From assembly GCA_950097015.1 (NCBI GenBank), contig CATNEN010000024.1, forward strand, positions 6,510,001 to 6,574,000: 64,000 nt of DNA. The letters are read 5' to 3'. The translations under genes and the position numbers were made by a program. The stretch comes from Macrostomum hystrix (Eukaryota; Animalia; Platyhelminthes). Below are positions 47,485-61,335 of this stretch, piece by piece (positions within the stretch are counted from its first letter, which is position 1; each line of letters opens with the position of its first letter). The notes beneath the pieces are model-generated. The model was not told the DNA's origin, searched no databases, and was given only the letters and a program-made list of their open reading frames with translations.

Positions 47485-48768
47485 GATCGGGAGGACGTTC
47501 ACTCATTGATCTGGAAGTAGCTCACTGATTGATCTGGAGGAAGTTCACTGATTGATCGGGAGGATGTTCACTGATTGATCTGGAGGATGTTCACTGATTG
47601 ATCTGGAGGATGTTCATTGATTGATCTGGAGGAAGTTCACTGATTGATCTGGAGGATGTTCACTGATTGATCTGGAGGATGTTCATTGATTGATCTGGAG
47701 GTAGTTCACTGATTGATCTGGAGGATGTTCATTGATTGATCTGGAGGAAGTTCACTGATTGATCTGGAGGATGTTCACTGATTGATCTAGAAGTAGCTCA
47801 CTGATTGATCTGGAGGAAGTTCACTGATTGATCTGGAGGATGTTCACTGATTGATCTGGAGGAAGTTCACTGATTGATCTGGAGGATGTTCACTGATTGA
47901 TCTGGAGGAAGTTCACTGATTGATCTGGAGGTAGTTCACTGATTGATCTGGAGGTAGTTCACTGATTGATCTGGAGGTAGTTCACTGATTGATCTGGAGG
48001 ATGTTCACTGATTGATCTGGAAGTAGCTCACTGATTGATCTGGAGGAAGTTCACTGATTGATCTGGAGGATGTTCACTGATTGATCTGGAGGAAGTTCAC
48101 TGATTGATCTGGAGGATGTTCACTGATTGATCTGGAGGAAGTTCACTGATTGATCTGGAGGTAGTTCACTGATTGATCTGGAGGTAGTTCACTGATTGAT
48201 CTGGAGGTAGTTCACTGATTGATCTGGAGGTAGTTCACTGATTGATCTGGAGGTAGTTCACTGATTGATCTGGAGGAAGTTCACTGATTGATCTGGAGGT
48301 AGTTCACTGATTGATCTGGAGGTAGTTCACTGATTGATCTGGAGGTAGTTCACTGATTGATCTGGAGGTAGTTCACTGATTGATCTGGAGGTAGTTCACT
48401 GATTGATCTGGAGGTAGTTCACTGATTGATCTGGAGGTAGTTCACTGATTGATCTGGAGGAAGTTCACTGATTGATCTGGAGGTAGTTCACTGATTGATC
48501 TGGACGACGTTCACTTATTGATCTGGAAGTAGCTCACTGATTGATCTGGAGGAAGTTCACTGATTGATCTGGAGGAAGTTCACTGATTGATCTGGAAGTA
48601 GCTCACTGATTGATCTGGAGGAAGTTCACTGATTGATCTGGAGGATGTTCACTGATTGATCTGGAGGAAGTTCACTGATTGATCTGGAGGTAGTTCACTG
48701 ATTGATCTGGAGGAAGTTCACTGATTGATCTGGAGGAAGTTCGCTGATTGATCTGGAGGTTCTTCACT
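47485..48768. repeat. 23-bp minisatellite GTTCACTGATTGATCTGGAGGA(T/A)
   Basis: About 55 copies. Confidence 0.97.
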
Positions 48769-49928
48769 ATTGGTATTTCATTATTGACAATGACAAGCTC
48801 GTCGGTTATTTGACTAATCGAATAGACTAATATGACTGATCATGAAAGTTTGAGTAGACTTACATGCCTGCCGAGAGGAAATAGTTTTCTGCGACTCTAG
48901 TACTGATTAGTCAGCTGTGTGGAGGTGACTAGCACAGACAGTGTCCGTGAGCCTGTTTTATTAAAAGCTCCAGCCAATCAGAGCTGATCGCGTGGGTGGC
49001 CACTGCTCAGGCTTTCTCTAACACTGTCCATTCTGTCTCTGGGAATTTAGACTTTTTTTAATTCATTTCTTGTGACAGATTTTTTATTCATCAACTTTTA
49101 TCCCATTTCCTTTTTACAAAGCTAATTAAATCAAATCCCTTTTATTAGAGAAAATGGAAATTTTGTGTTCAGTAATTGCAGATTTTAAGTCGTCTTTGGA
49201 ACAGTTTTCTTGCTGAAAAAGGAGAAAATTAACAGTCGCGAGGCTTTTGAGAACAATGAGGGAACAAGTAGATAGATAAGCAGTGGATTTTCCGGCAGAG
49301 ATTAAGAAAAGCATTTAGAAATCTAAATATAACACACTTATGTGTACCTGCTCAAAGTAACTATTTAAAATTATATAATAACAGTTCATATGTATCCTAT
49401 TTTCTATTATATAAATGCCATAAGCAAATCGATAGCCAAGTCAAATATTGTACTCAAAGCAGAGTACTCTGATGTCGCACTGAGCACATAAGGCAAAATA
49501 ACAAAAGCAAATCCTAAATTATCGATTAGATAGTTTTAATGATGTTCAACAGGGAGATCATAACTACGAGTTTCTGCCAGTATATTTGATAATTGTTAAG
49601 AAAATAATGTTTTCAGGAACACGAATTGTATAATTACGCATAATAATTAACATAATCACGCTTTCATAGAATACGAGAACTGGGGCAACGGAATGGAAAT
49701 AGATAGTGTTAGACAGTAAAAAATAAACTATTAGTTATAAAATAAATAAATGTCTCTATTGAGCACATTTTTGTGGCAATTTCATCAAATTTTGTAGTTG
49801 TCATGTTTCACCGTGAGAATAATTTTTCTTTGATCGCCGATACAAAATAAAAAACGCCGATACATATAAATTGTTTCTAATTATAAGAAACTAACAAAAT
49901 GTGGTTACTGATCAGGTTTCAGTTTGAG

Positions 49929-52900
49929 TTATTCTTCCACGGTGCTAGTGTACGTTGTCGTGCGGGTGATGAACACGCTGCCGTCAGCCTCCTTCTTGCA
50001 CTGACACTTGCCAGCAGAGCCGTGGACGTTGCAGTTGAACTCTGTACCAGAGCTGGACGCGGTCACGCAGCTGCCATCGGCACTGAGACAGTCGGAGCGG
50101 TAGGGCCGGCTGGAGCTGGGGTCAGTGCCGCACTTGAAGTGGAAGCACATCTGCTCAGCCTTGCTCATCCACGACTGGCCTGGCTTGTACCTTTTGTTGG
50201 TGTACGGATCGACGCAGAGTCGTTCAACGTGAGTTGAGGTCTCCCAGCCGTCGGAGCCTGAGCCGCTGCCACCGCTGGTATCCGTACTGGTGCTGGTCTC
50301 AGTACTGGTCTCCGTACTGGTGCTGGTCTCAGTACTGGTGTCCGTGCTGGTGCTGGTCTCGTCGGTGCTGGAGCTCGAGCCGCGATCAGGGACGATGAGT
50401 CCAGTGCCAGCGCACTTGGAGACACGCACGAACCTGCATCCGCAGTCTGCAATGCCAATGTTTCGACATGCCATAAAAGAGAGAGATAATAAATATTTCC
50501 ACAAACTTTTCAATGAAGAATTCTGAATTCAAAACTTACGGCCAGACAACACCTTGTCCAACTCTCCGTGAGATCGCGGGAACACCCCGAAGCTAATGTC
50601 ACCGGCAACGGCCTTCTTGATGAAAGTCATGACCTGCGGTTGGCGGTTCGCGATTTTCGAGTAAAGATGAGGTTCGACCAACAAAAGTACAAGTATTACA
50701 CGACAGACACCTGGTTACAAATATGTCACCTTATTAGCGAGGCCCATTCCGAGCTGGGAGAATCGACCGCCAGTCTTGGAGGCGATGGCCTTGTACACAC
50801 CGCCATCAGTTCTGCACAGGTTTCCGGAGGCCACGGTGAAGAAGCGGATCTTCTTGCGGGCCAGAGTGTTGGCCACCGAGTCGCGAAGGTGGGCATCCTT
50901 GGCGGACGCGTCAGTGAACAGGAACAGGACGGAGTTCTGGTCCGCAGCCGCGGCGGCATCGCGCACACCTTGCAGGGCCATCTCAGGACAGTCACCACCG
51001 CCGTGAGGTCGGACGCGGCTCAGGAATGAGCGGACCTGGTGGATGTTCTTCGTCTTGAGCACGTTCCTCCTGTAGGGATCTCCGTAGGTGGCGATCACAT
51101 AGTTGTCGAAGCGCTTGTTGGCGGACAGAATGCTGTTGATGTGGTTCCTGACGGCGTTGATGACGCGGCCCATGCTGCCAGTGTCGTCGATCACGAAGAT
51201 GAGCGAGCCCTTCTTGCTGGGTCGCGGGCTGACAGGTCGGCAGGAGCAGACCTTCTTCTTGATGGATATTTCATGGCTGCCGCTCGGACAGCCCTTGCTT
51301 GGCGGTCGGACGGGCGGTCGGACGGGCGGTCGGACAGGTGGCAAAACGCCACCAGTTCCTACGCACCTGTGGCCCTTGACGAAGCGGCATCCGCAACCTG
51401 AAAAGTAAAAAATGTTTTAGTTATGCGACAAGGCAAATTCAATCCTGATGATAAAGGCGCACTTCTTTAGAAATCACCCATATTTCTTGCGCAACTCCGC
51501 ACAATGTTGGTGGAAGGTGCAAAGTAGCCAAGGCTCACTAGAATGTCTGCAGTGCGCAGGTATTTAGTCACACGAACCAGGGCAAGTTACAAGGATTTGA
51601 AACCGAGCAGCAAAGAACTTTTCATTTCGTCAATTAGGTAAAAAACGGTCGATAAATAGAGCCGCTATCCAAAGGCCACTGATCAAATCCACAAATTCAA
51701 CTTGTTTTCGAAAACTCTAAACTTTAAAATATACTTGCAGTTGTAGTTACTTAGGTATTTGCAGCTAATGCTTAGCGCTTCCAAAGGCAGTGTTGAGTCT
51801 GTTGAGTCTATTGAGATTTTAGTCTATGGACTGGGGAGACGCGGCATCCACAACAATATCTACCCCAGAAAATGCTGGTACCTTTTTTTCAGCTGGGCGA
51901 GCTGAAGCAGACTGAAATCAACCCCTTGATGCCAAATGAATTTTTTGTCATAGAATGTGAGTCGATTTCATGAAGCCCTCCCTCGCTGAGAATTCTGAAC
52001 CTAAAACACCTGTGCTACCATCACGACAGCCTTCACAAATAATTAAAAAACTTTCTGGAAATCAAAGCTGCAAACCTGCGGCACAATCACTTACGGCCAG
52101 CCAGCACTCGCGACAGCTCGCCGGCGTTACGCGGGAACACTCCGAAGCTGACGTCACCGGCGACGGCCTTCTTAATGAACGACATCACCTAAAAAGCAGA
52201 TATTGAATTTAATATATGTAGCTCATTACTTTTCTTTAGACTTTGATAAACTCAGAAAGGAAATCCGGTACATACGCTGTTAGCGAGGCCCATTCCGAGC
52301 TGGGAGAATCGACCGCCAGTCTTGGAGGCGATGGCCTTGTACACACCGCCATCAGTTCTGCACAGGTTTCCGGAGGCCACGGTGAAGAAGCGGATCTTCT
52401 TGCGGGCCAGAGTGTTGGCCACCGAGTCGCGAAGGTGGGCATCCTTGGCGGACGCGTCAGTGAACAGGAACAGGACGGAGTTCTGGTCCGCAGCCGCGGC
52501 GGCATCGCGCACACCTTGCAGGGCCATCTCAGGACAGTCACCACCGCCGTGAGGTCGGACACGGCTCAGGAATGAGCGGACCTGGTGGACGTTCTTCGTC
52601 TTGAGCACGTTCCTCCTGTAGGGATCTCCGTAGGTGGCGATCACATAGTTGTCGAAGCGCTTGTTGGCGGACAGAATGCTGTTGATGTGGTTCCTGACGG
52701 CGTTGATGACGCGGCCCATGCTGCCAGTGTCGTCGATCACGAAGATGAGCGAGCCCTTCTTGCTGGGTCGCGGGCTGACAGGTCGACAGGAGCAGACCTT
52801 CTTCTTGATGGAGATCCTTCGGGTTCCGCTCGGGCAGCGCTTGCGCGGCGGTCGGACGGGCGGTCGGACGGGCGGTCGGACAGGGGGCAAAACGCCACCA

Positions 52901-55586
52901 GTTCCTACGCACCTGTGGCCCTTGACGAAGCGGCATCCGCAATCTAAAAAGAGATCGAGACGTTAGTCGAGTTCAACGTGGTTGTACTCGTTCATCAAGG
53001 ATAGTGTTTGGAGAATTGTAGTTTCTTGTTCTTCCTTCCCAATTTATTTTTCATATCTTATATTTTGTGTGTTTTGTTTTACAGAATTTTCAATTAGAAA
53101 TAGCTCATTATTCCCTTTTGTGCATTGAAACAACACAAAAAGGTAGAAATTGCTGTCTCGATCAGGTAAGTGTCATTTATGATCGCAATCTCCAAGAGAG
53201 AGAGACCTCAAAAATGTTTTTGCTATGATTTAGAATCCTAAATTTAATAAAAGGTGAATAGGTCGCTTTCTGCAAATATATATACCAGTATTTAAGCCCA
53301 CACAATGCAAGTGAGGGGCAATAAAAACTCAGATAATAATTTAAACACACAGCACAACATGATCCGCTACTAAATTAAGCCGAATTGCACAAGTCTTCCA
53401 GTGACGAAGCATCAAAGTGTATTGAGTGAGTCTTTAGTGCCAGTCAGCGCATGAATTGGGTGAAATGTACTCTCATATAAAATGTTTAGTTAAGGCACTA
53501 CGGGAGGCTCAATCAGGGACTCCGTAGCGAATGATTGACGATTCAAGAGGATCATTATATTTACTGCAGTAAACAGAAATCAGGGCAACACTTACGGCCA
53601 GCCAGCACTCGCGACAGCTCGCCGGCGTTACGCGGGAACACTCCGAAGCTGACGTCTCCGGCGACGGCCTTCTTAATGAACGACATCACCTAAAAAGCAG
53701 ATATTGAATTTAATATATGTAGCTCATTACTTTTCTTTAGACTTTGATAAACTCAGAAAGGAAATCCGGTACATACGCTGTTAGCGAGGCCCATTCCGAG
53801 CTGGGAGAATCGACCGCCAGTCTTGGAGGCGATGGCCTTGTACACACCGCCATCAGTTCTGCACAGGTTTCCGGAGGCCACGGTGAAGAAGCGGATCTTC
53901 TTGCGGGCCAGAGTGTTGGCCACCGAGTCGCGAAGGTGGGCATCCTTGGCGGACGCGTCAGTGAACAGGAACAGGACGGAGTTCTGGTCCGCAGCCGCGG
54001 CGGCATCGCGCACACCTTGCAGGGCCATCTCAGGACAGTCACCACCGCCGTGAGGTCGGACACGGCTCAGGAATGAGCGGACCTGGTGGATGTTCTTCGT
54101 CTTGAGCACGTTCCTCCTGTAGGGATCTCCGTAGGTGGCGATCACATAGTTGTCGAAGCGCTTGTTGGCGGACAGAATGCTGTTGATGTGGTTCCTGACG
54201 GCGTTGATGACGCGGCCCATGCTGCCAGTGTCGTCGATCACGAAGATGAGCGAGCCCTTCTTGCTGGGTCGCGGGCTGACAGGTCGGCAGGAGCAGACCT
54301 TCTTCTTGATGGAGATCCTTCGGGTTCCGCTCGGGCAGCGCTTGCTCGGTGGTCGGACGGGCGGTCGGACGGGCGGTCGGACAGGTGGCAAAACGCCACC
54401 AGTTCCGACACACTTTCGGTCCTTGACAGTCCGGCATCCGCAATCTATGGAAGCAAGAATAGGAGAGCATCTTGCGAATGAATCGAAAATTCCAATCACT
54501 TTTTTTTCAATCGCATTGGAATTCGTGGATTATGTTATGAATGGAAAAAACCGTATATTACAATTTTAGGTAGGTACAAGGTATGACGTAAAGCTCGATG
54601 CCCACAGCCATTGTTTCGACTCAAGGTATTGCAAAGATAAAAACAACACTTACGGCCAGCAAGCACCCGAGACAATTCACCGGGGTTACGCGGGAACACT
54701 CCGAAGCTGACGTCTCCAGCAACTGCCTTCCTGATGAACGTCATCACCTGCAATTAAAGTGACGATATAGTTTTGAATACAAAGTTGTCTTAACGACGAT
54801 GCAGAGCCGAACTTTTGTTAAGGTAAAGGAAATCCGGTACATACGCTATTAGCGAGGCCCATTCCGAGCTGGGAGAATCGACCGCCAGTCTTGGAGGCGA
54901 TGGCCTTGTACACACCGCCATCAGTTCTGCACAGGTTTCCGGAGGCCACGGTGAAGAAGCGGATCTTCTTGCGGGCCAGAGTGTTGGCCACCGAGTCGCG
55001 AAGGTGGGCATCCTTGGCGGATGCGTCAGTGAACAGGAACAGGACGGAGTTCTGGTCCGCAGCCGCGGCGGCATCGCGCACACCTTGCAGGGCCATCTCA
55101 GGACAGTCACCACCGCCGTGAGGTCGGACACGGCTCAGGAATGAGCGGACCTGGTGGATGTTCTTCGTCTTGAGCACGTTCCTCCTGTAGGGATCTCCGT
55201 AGGTGGCGATCACATAGTTGTCGAAGCGCTTGTTGGCGGACAGAATGCTGTTGATGTGGTTCCTGACGGCGTTGATGACGCGGCCCATGCTGCCAGTGTC
55301 GTCGATCACGAAGATGAGCGAGCCCTTCTTGCTGGGTCGCGGGCTGACAGGTCTGCAGGAGCAGACTCGTTTGTTAGTGGTGACCGGCCGACTTCCATCG
55401 GAGCATCCTAGAGAAGAAGGTGAGAAAAATAACAGGCATAAATTTGACAGCAGGTAAATTCTCTTGTTCATACAGTACCCTAGCTAATTAAACAGCATCT
55501 TTCTGCAACTTACTTGGCATGCTTCGCCCCTCGGTCACCGCCAGGATGACCAGGGCCAGCGCCAGAACTTTCAGCAGCTGACGCAT
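49929..55586 (-). CDS. Secreted protein with four tandem hemicentin/VWA7-type VWA modules, an S/T-rich stalk and a C-terminal Cys-rich (VWC/FnI-like) domain, 1177 aa
   Basis: complement(join(49929..50446,50540..50633,50730..51397,52095..52188,52276..52943,53596..53689,53777..54444,54654..54747,54845..55407,55514..55586)) = 3534 nt, all GT-AG and phase-consistent. Signal peptide MRQLLKVLALALVILAVTEG. Each module has SLIFVIDDTGSM, GGGDCPEM and LFLFTDASAKD. Confidence 0.88.
51822..52030 (-). mobile_element. Degenerate CORE-SINE copy in a VWA-gene intron
   Basis: GTCTATGGACTGGGG..TACCCCAG..ATGCTGGTACC..CAGCTGGGCGAGCTGAAGCA aligns to 14930-15020. Confidence 0.6.
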
Positions 55587-56782
55587 TAGCAGTTCTCAGT
55601 TGAAATTCAGCTCTAACTCAACTGGACGAATTTCGTTTCAATTTTACGCGCCCCTGTTTTGGCCCCACGCGAGCCTTTTTATTAGCTTCTGGCGCAGTGT
55701 CAGTTGTCTTGGCGACCCCTCTTGAGGCAGCCTCTCTCACCCCAGCTGCGGTGCCCTCCTCCAACGGCACGTTTTTGCTGCACGAGCCACCGAATACTCT
55801 TCGGCTATTGTGCTTGTTTCCATTTTTCTCGGTGTAATTAGCCTGATATGTCTATGGCTGGGCTTACGAGCTTCGGTGCTGTGTAATTTGCTTCATTTTC
55901 TGTCAGCCACGGTTTGGGAGGCGGTGACTATGAATTCGAGCGATGCTAACCCCATGCGTGTGCCATTGTGCAACACTTCGCGCAAAGCATTCAACCGTGG
56001 AAACAAGAGAGAGAGAGTTGAGTGCTGCGGACCCCTCCCTCCTGGACAAAATGCAACTGCTTCAAAAGGCCAATAAAAGATTACAAGGGTAAACCATTCA
56101 GCTATATCTCACTCTGCGCATGCGAACACGTGCCTAGCAGCTGGCTCGCTTGTCTGCTGCTGCTGTTGTTGTTGTTCGGCCGACACGGAATTCGTTTGCA
56201 GCTCGTGAACATTTAAATCAGAGCATTCCGCTGCAAGTTAATCTATTATCGCATTTAGGGTCACGAAGAAGCCGTTTACTTTGCTCAATTATAACTGCTT
56301 TGTTATCGTAAAGTAGATTGATAATTGATGATCGATGATGATGTGCATTTGCGAGGCCTCAGTTTTAGTTTTGGGACAGTGACAGAAGAGGGCACTCAAA
56401 GCAAAACTTTGGCAGCTAGCAAAGCAAACCAATAAAAATAAGATGCTGCTTCTACAACGCTTTGCCGCGAGCAAAATGTGCTCGTGTTAGGCTTCTCAAA
56501 CAAGAACTATAATTGGCCAAATTGGGCCAAGCTCAGTGGGCCAAATTGCAAAAATATGAAATGTTTCTATTGAACCATGTGCCGCTCGCTGCTAAAGACG
56601 AAGCGAAGAATAGAACAATGAGACATTCTAGAAAATTCCGAAAGCAAAAAATTACATAAAAACGCAAAGGCTTTCTTTTTGAGGTCTGAGATAAAAGGTT
56701 CTAAGTTTCAACAAGGGTTTTTATAAGAGGCCGAACAGAGCTCAAAGAAAATTAGCTGAATCGCGACAGCGAAGACTGAGTT

Positions 56783-57050
56783 ATAGCTGGAATCGTAGCA
56801 GGAATCGTAGCAAGGCTAGCTAGAATCGTAGCAGGAATGGTAGACAGAAACCTCACCGGAGTCGTGGCTGGAATCTTAGCAGGAATCGTAGCTAGAATCG
56901 CAGCAGAAGCTACAGCTGGAATCTTAGCAGGAATCGTAGCTAGAATCGCAGCAGAAGCTACAGCTGGAATCTTAGCAGGAATCGTAGCTAGAATCGCAGC
57001 AGAAGCTACAGCTGGAATCTTAGCAGGAATCGTAGCTAGAATCGCAGCTG
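56783..57050. repeat. 48-bp repeat built from 12-bp subunits (GGAATCGTAGCA-like)
   Basis: Three exact 48-bp units plus degenerate 12-mers. Confidence 0.85.
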
Positions 57051-57384
57051 ACTAATTTATCTGCCAACGATTAAAAATTGAAGTTTGAGACACTCAAAAG
57101 TTAATTTTTTACTCGTGCAAGATGTTTATGTAAAAAATAGGGCCAATATAAATCAATACACGTACGAGCGAATATATATTAAATCATCACTCAGTAGTTC
57201 AGAATATATACAACAGCAGCAGGATCAATAGCTATATTGGCACAGACCGACCAAAGAAAGAAAAACACTAATTTAATAGAAATTAAAGCACAGATAATTA
57301 CTAAGAGGCGAATCGCATTAAAACTAGACCGAGATTTCAGAATCATTGTGCAAAAATAGACGCATATCCCTTGTCATAATTATA

Positions 57385-59678
57385 GTCCAGTCTGTTGTAA
57401 TAGCAGCAACCCACACTCTTCTAGTCTGTTGTGATAGCAGCAACCCACACTCTTCTAGTCTGTTGTGGGAGCAGCAACCCACACTCTTCTAGTCTGTTGT
57501 AATAGCAGCAACCCACACTCTTCTAGTCTGTTGTGATAGCAGCAACCCACACTCTTCTAGTCTGCTGTGATAGCAGCAACCCACACTCTTCTAGTCTGTT
57601 GTGAGAGCAGCAACCCACACTCTTCTAGTCTGTTGTGAGAGCAGCAACCCACACTCTTCTAGTCTGTTGTGATAGCAGCAACCCACACTCTTCTAGTCTG
57701 TTGTGAGAGCAGCAACCCACACTCTTCTAGTCTGTTGTGATAGCAGCAACCCACACTCTTCTAGTCTATTGTGATAGCAGCAACCCACACTCTTCTAGTC
57801 TGTTGTGAGAGCAGCAACCCACACTCTTCTAGTCTGTTGTGGGAGCAGCAACCCACACTCTTCTAGTCTGTTGTGAGAGCAGCAACCCACACTCTTCTAG
57901 TCTGTTGTGAGAGCAGCAACCCACACTCTTCTAGTCTATTGTGATAGCAGCAACCCACACTCTTCTAGTCTGTTGTGAGAGCAGCAACCCACACTCTTCT
58001 AGTCTGTTGTGATAGCAGCAACCCACACTCTTCTAGTCTGTTGTGATGGCAGCAACCCACACTCTTCTAGTCTGTTGTGATAGCAGCAACCCACACTCTT
58101 CTAGTCTGTTGTGAGAGCAGCAACCCACACTCTTCTAGTCTGTTGTGAGAGCAGCAACCCACACTCTTCTAGTCTGTTGTGAGAGCAGCAACCCACACTC
58201 TTCTAGTCTGTTGTGAGAGCAGCAACCCACACTCTTCTAGTCTGTTGTGATAGCAGCAACCCACACTCTTCTAGTCTGTTGTGATAGCAGCAACCCACAC
58301 TCTTCTAGTCTGTTGTGAGAGCAGCAACCCACACTCTTCTAGTCTGTTGTGAGAGCAGCAACCCACACTCTTCTAGTCTGTTGTGATAGCAGCAACCCAC
58401 ACTCTTCTAGTCTGTTATGAGAGCAGCAACCCACACTCTTCTAGTCTGTTGTGATAGCAGCAACCCACTCTTCTAGTCTGTTGTGAGAGCAGCAACCCAC
58501 ACTCTTCTAGTCTGTTGTGAGAGCAGCAACCCACACTCTTCTAGTCTGTTGTGATAGCAGCAACCCACACTCTTCTAGTCTGTTGTGATGTCAGCAACCC
58601 ACACTCTTCTAGTCTGCTGTGATAGCAGCAACCCACACTCTTCTAGTCTGTTGTGAGAGCAGCAACCCACACTCTTCTAGTCTGTTGTGAGAGCAGCAAC
58701 CCACACTCTTCTAGTCTGTTGTGAGAGCAGCAACCCACACTCTTCTAGTCTGTTGTGATAGCAGCAACCCACACTCATCTAGTCTGTTGTGATAGCAGCA
58801 ACCCACACTCTTCTAGTCTGTTGTGAGAGCAGCAACCCACACTCTTCTAGTCTGTTGTGAGAGCAGCAACCCACACTCTTCTAGTCTGTTGTGATAGCAG
58901 CAACCCACACTCTTCTAGTCTGTTGTGATAGCAGCAACCCACACTCTTCTAGTCTGTTGTGAGAGCAGCAACCCACACTCTTCTAGTCTGTTGTGAGAGC
59001 AGCAACCCACACTCTTCTAGTCTGTTGTGATAGCAGCAACCCACACTCTTCTAGTCTGTTATGAGAGCAGCAACCCACACTCTTCTAGTCTGTTGTGATA
59101 GCAGCAACCCACTCTTCTAGTCTGTTGTGAGAGCAGCAACCCACACTCTTCTAGTCTGTTGTGAGAGCAGCAACCCACACTCTTCTAGTCTGTTGTGATA
59201 GCAGCAACCCACACTCTTCTAGTCTGTTGTGATGTCAGCAACCCACACTCTTCTAGTCTGCTGTGATAGCAGCAACCCACACTCTTCTAGTCTGTTGTGA
59301 GAGCAGCAACCCACACTCTTCTAGTCTGTTGTGAGAGCAGCAACCCACACTCTTCTAGTCTGTTGTGAGAGCAGCAACCCACACTCTTCTAGTCTGTTGT
59401 GATAGCAGCAACCCACACTCATCTAGTCTGTTGTGATAGCAGCAACCCACACTCTTCTAGTCTGCTGTGATAGCAGCAACCCACACTCTCCTAGTCTGCT
59501 GTGAGAGCAGCAACCCACACTCTTCTAGTCTGTTGTGATAGCAGCAACCCACACTCTTCTAGTCTGCTGTGATAGCAGCAACCCACACTCTTCTAGTCTG
59601 CTGTGATAGCAGCAACCCACACTCTCCTAGTCTGCTGTGATAGCAGCAACCCACACTCTTCTAGTCTGTTGTGATAGC
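57385..59678. repeat. 34-bp minisatellite AGTCTGTTGTGA(T/G)AGCAGCAACCCACACTCTTCT
   Basis: About 67 copies. Confidence 0.97.
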
Positions 59679-60279
59679 AACATACTACCAAATAAAGTAC
59701 TGTAATCATGTGTCAATTTTTTTGAATAATGTATCTTACACCGATAGCTTCTGAAACCAATTTAATATCGAAGACAAGTATACAGGCATTTCACCTTCAG
59801 CATTCAGTAACAAGCCATTGTTAGTGTTGATATTAAAAAACTAAAAAACTACATAGCAGCGAAGCAGAAGAGCAATATAGCAAGCAGACATGATGGGACC
59901 ATAATCTTGTAATGCAAATATTAGTAAGAAATATAGATCACGAAAATACTGATAAAAACATATGAAGATTCGCGGCAAGCACAGCGAATTCATTCATACG
60001 GCCAAAGTGGATAAAAGTGCATTGTGAAATAACAGGAAAGTTTCTGGTACAGGGTACGCTACAGTTTAAAATCTTAATTAAAAAATACAAAGATTTGAAT
60101 CGACATTAAAATAGCATCTATTAGGAAAAAATAAAAGAATAGGAACCTTATTTTGTGCATTAGTGGAACTAATAATCGAAAATTGGTTGAACTAATGCTC
60201 AAAAACTTATCAAAGAATAGCGTGTGGCTCATATTTAGGCGATTTCAAAACATTCTAGCTCGTACTTAGAGTCGTCGAA

Positions 60280-61241
60280 TCATGAATCGAAGGATTATGA
60301 ATTGACAAATCATGAATCGAAGGATTATGAATTGACAAATCATGAATCGAAGGGTTATGAATTGACAAATCATGAATCGAAGGGTCATGAATCGACAAGT
60401 CACGAATCGGAGGGTAATGAATAGATGAATCATGAATCGAAGGGTTATGAATTGACAAATCATGAATCGAAGGGTAATGAATTGACAAATCATGAATCGA
60501 AGGGTAATGAATTGACAAATCATGAATCGAAGGGTTGTGAATTGACAAATCGTGAATCGAAGGGTAATGAATTGACAAATCATGAATCGAAGGGTTATGA
60601 ATAGACGAATCATGAATCGAAGGGTTATGAATCGACAAGTCACGAATCGAAGGGTCATGAATCGACAAATCATGAATTGAAGGGTAATGAATTGACAAAT
60701 CATGAATTGAAGGGTAATGAATTGACAAATCATGAATTGAAGGGTTATGAATTGACAAATCATGAATTGAAGGGTTATGAATTGACAAATCATGAATTGA
60801 AGGGTAATGAATCGACAAATCATGAATCGAAGGGTTATGAATTGACAAATCATGAATCGAAGGGTCATGAATCGACAAGTCACGAATCGGAGGGTAATGA
60901 ATAGATGAATCATGAATCGAAGGGTTATGAATCGACAAATCATGAATTGAAGGGTTATGAATCGACAAATCATGAATTGAAGGGTTAAGAATCGACAAAT
61001 CATGAATTGAAGGGTTAAGAATCGACAAATCATGAATTGAAGGGTTAAGAATCGACAAATCATGAATTGAAGGGTTGTGAATCGACAAATCATGAATTGA
61101 AGGGTTAAGAATCGACAAATCATGAATTGAAGGGTTAAGAATCGACAAATCATGAATTGAAGGGTTAAGAATCGACGAATCATGAATCGAAGGGTTATGA
61201 ATCGACAAATCATGAATTGAAGGGTTAAGAATCGACGAATC
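60280..61241. repeat. 30-bp minisatellite ATGAATCGAAGGGTTATGAATTGACAAATC (two 15-bp halves)
   Basis: About 32 copies just downstream of the TMEM104 stop. Confidence 0.96.
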
Positions 61242-61335
61242 TTAAGTTGACTAAATTTGAGTCATAAGAAATCCCAATGACTCTCTCACTAAAACAGGGA
61301 ACCTCAGAACTCCAGCCAATTAAACGTCGCGCCCA

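Noticed and set aside
50568-55457. Repeated antisense and alternate-frame ORFs over the VWA exons
   Set aside because: These are shadows of GC-rich duplicated coding exons. They recur only because the exons do.
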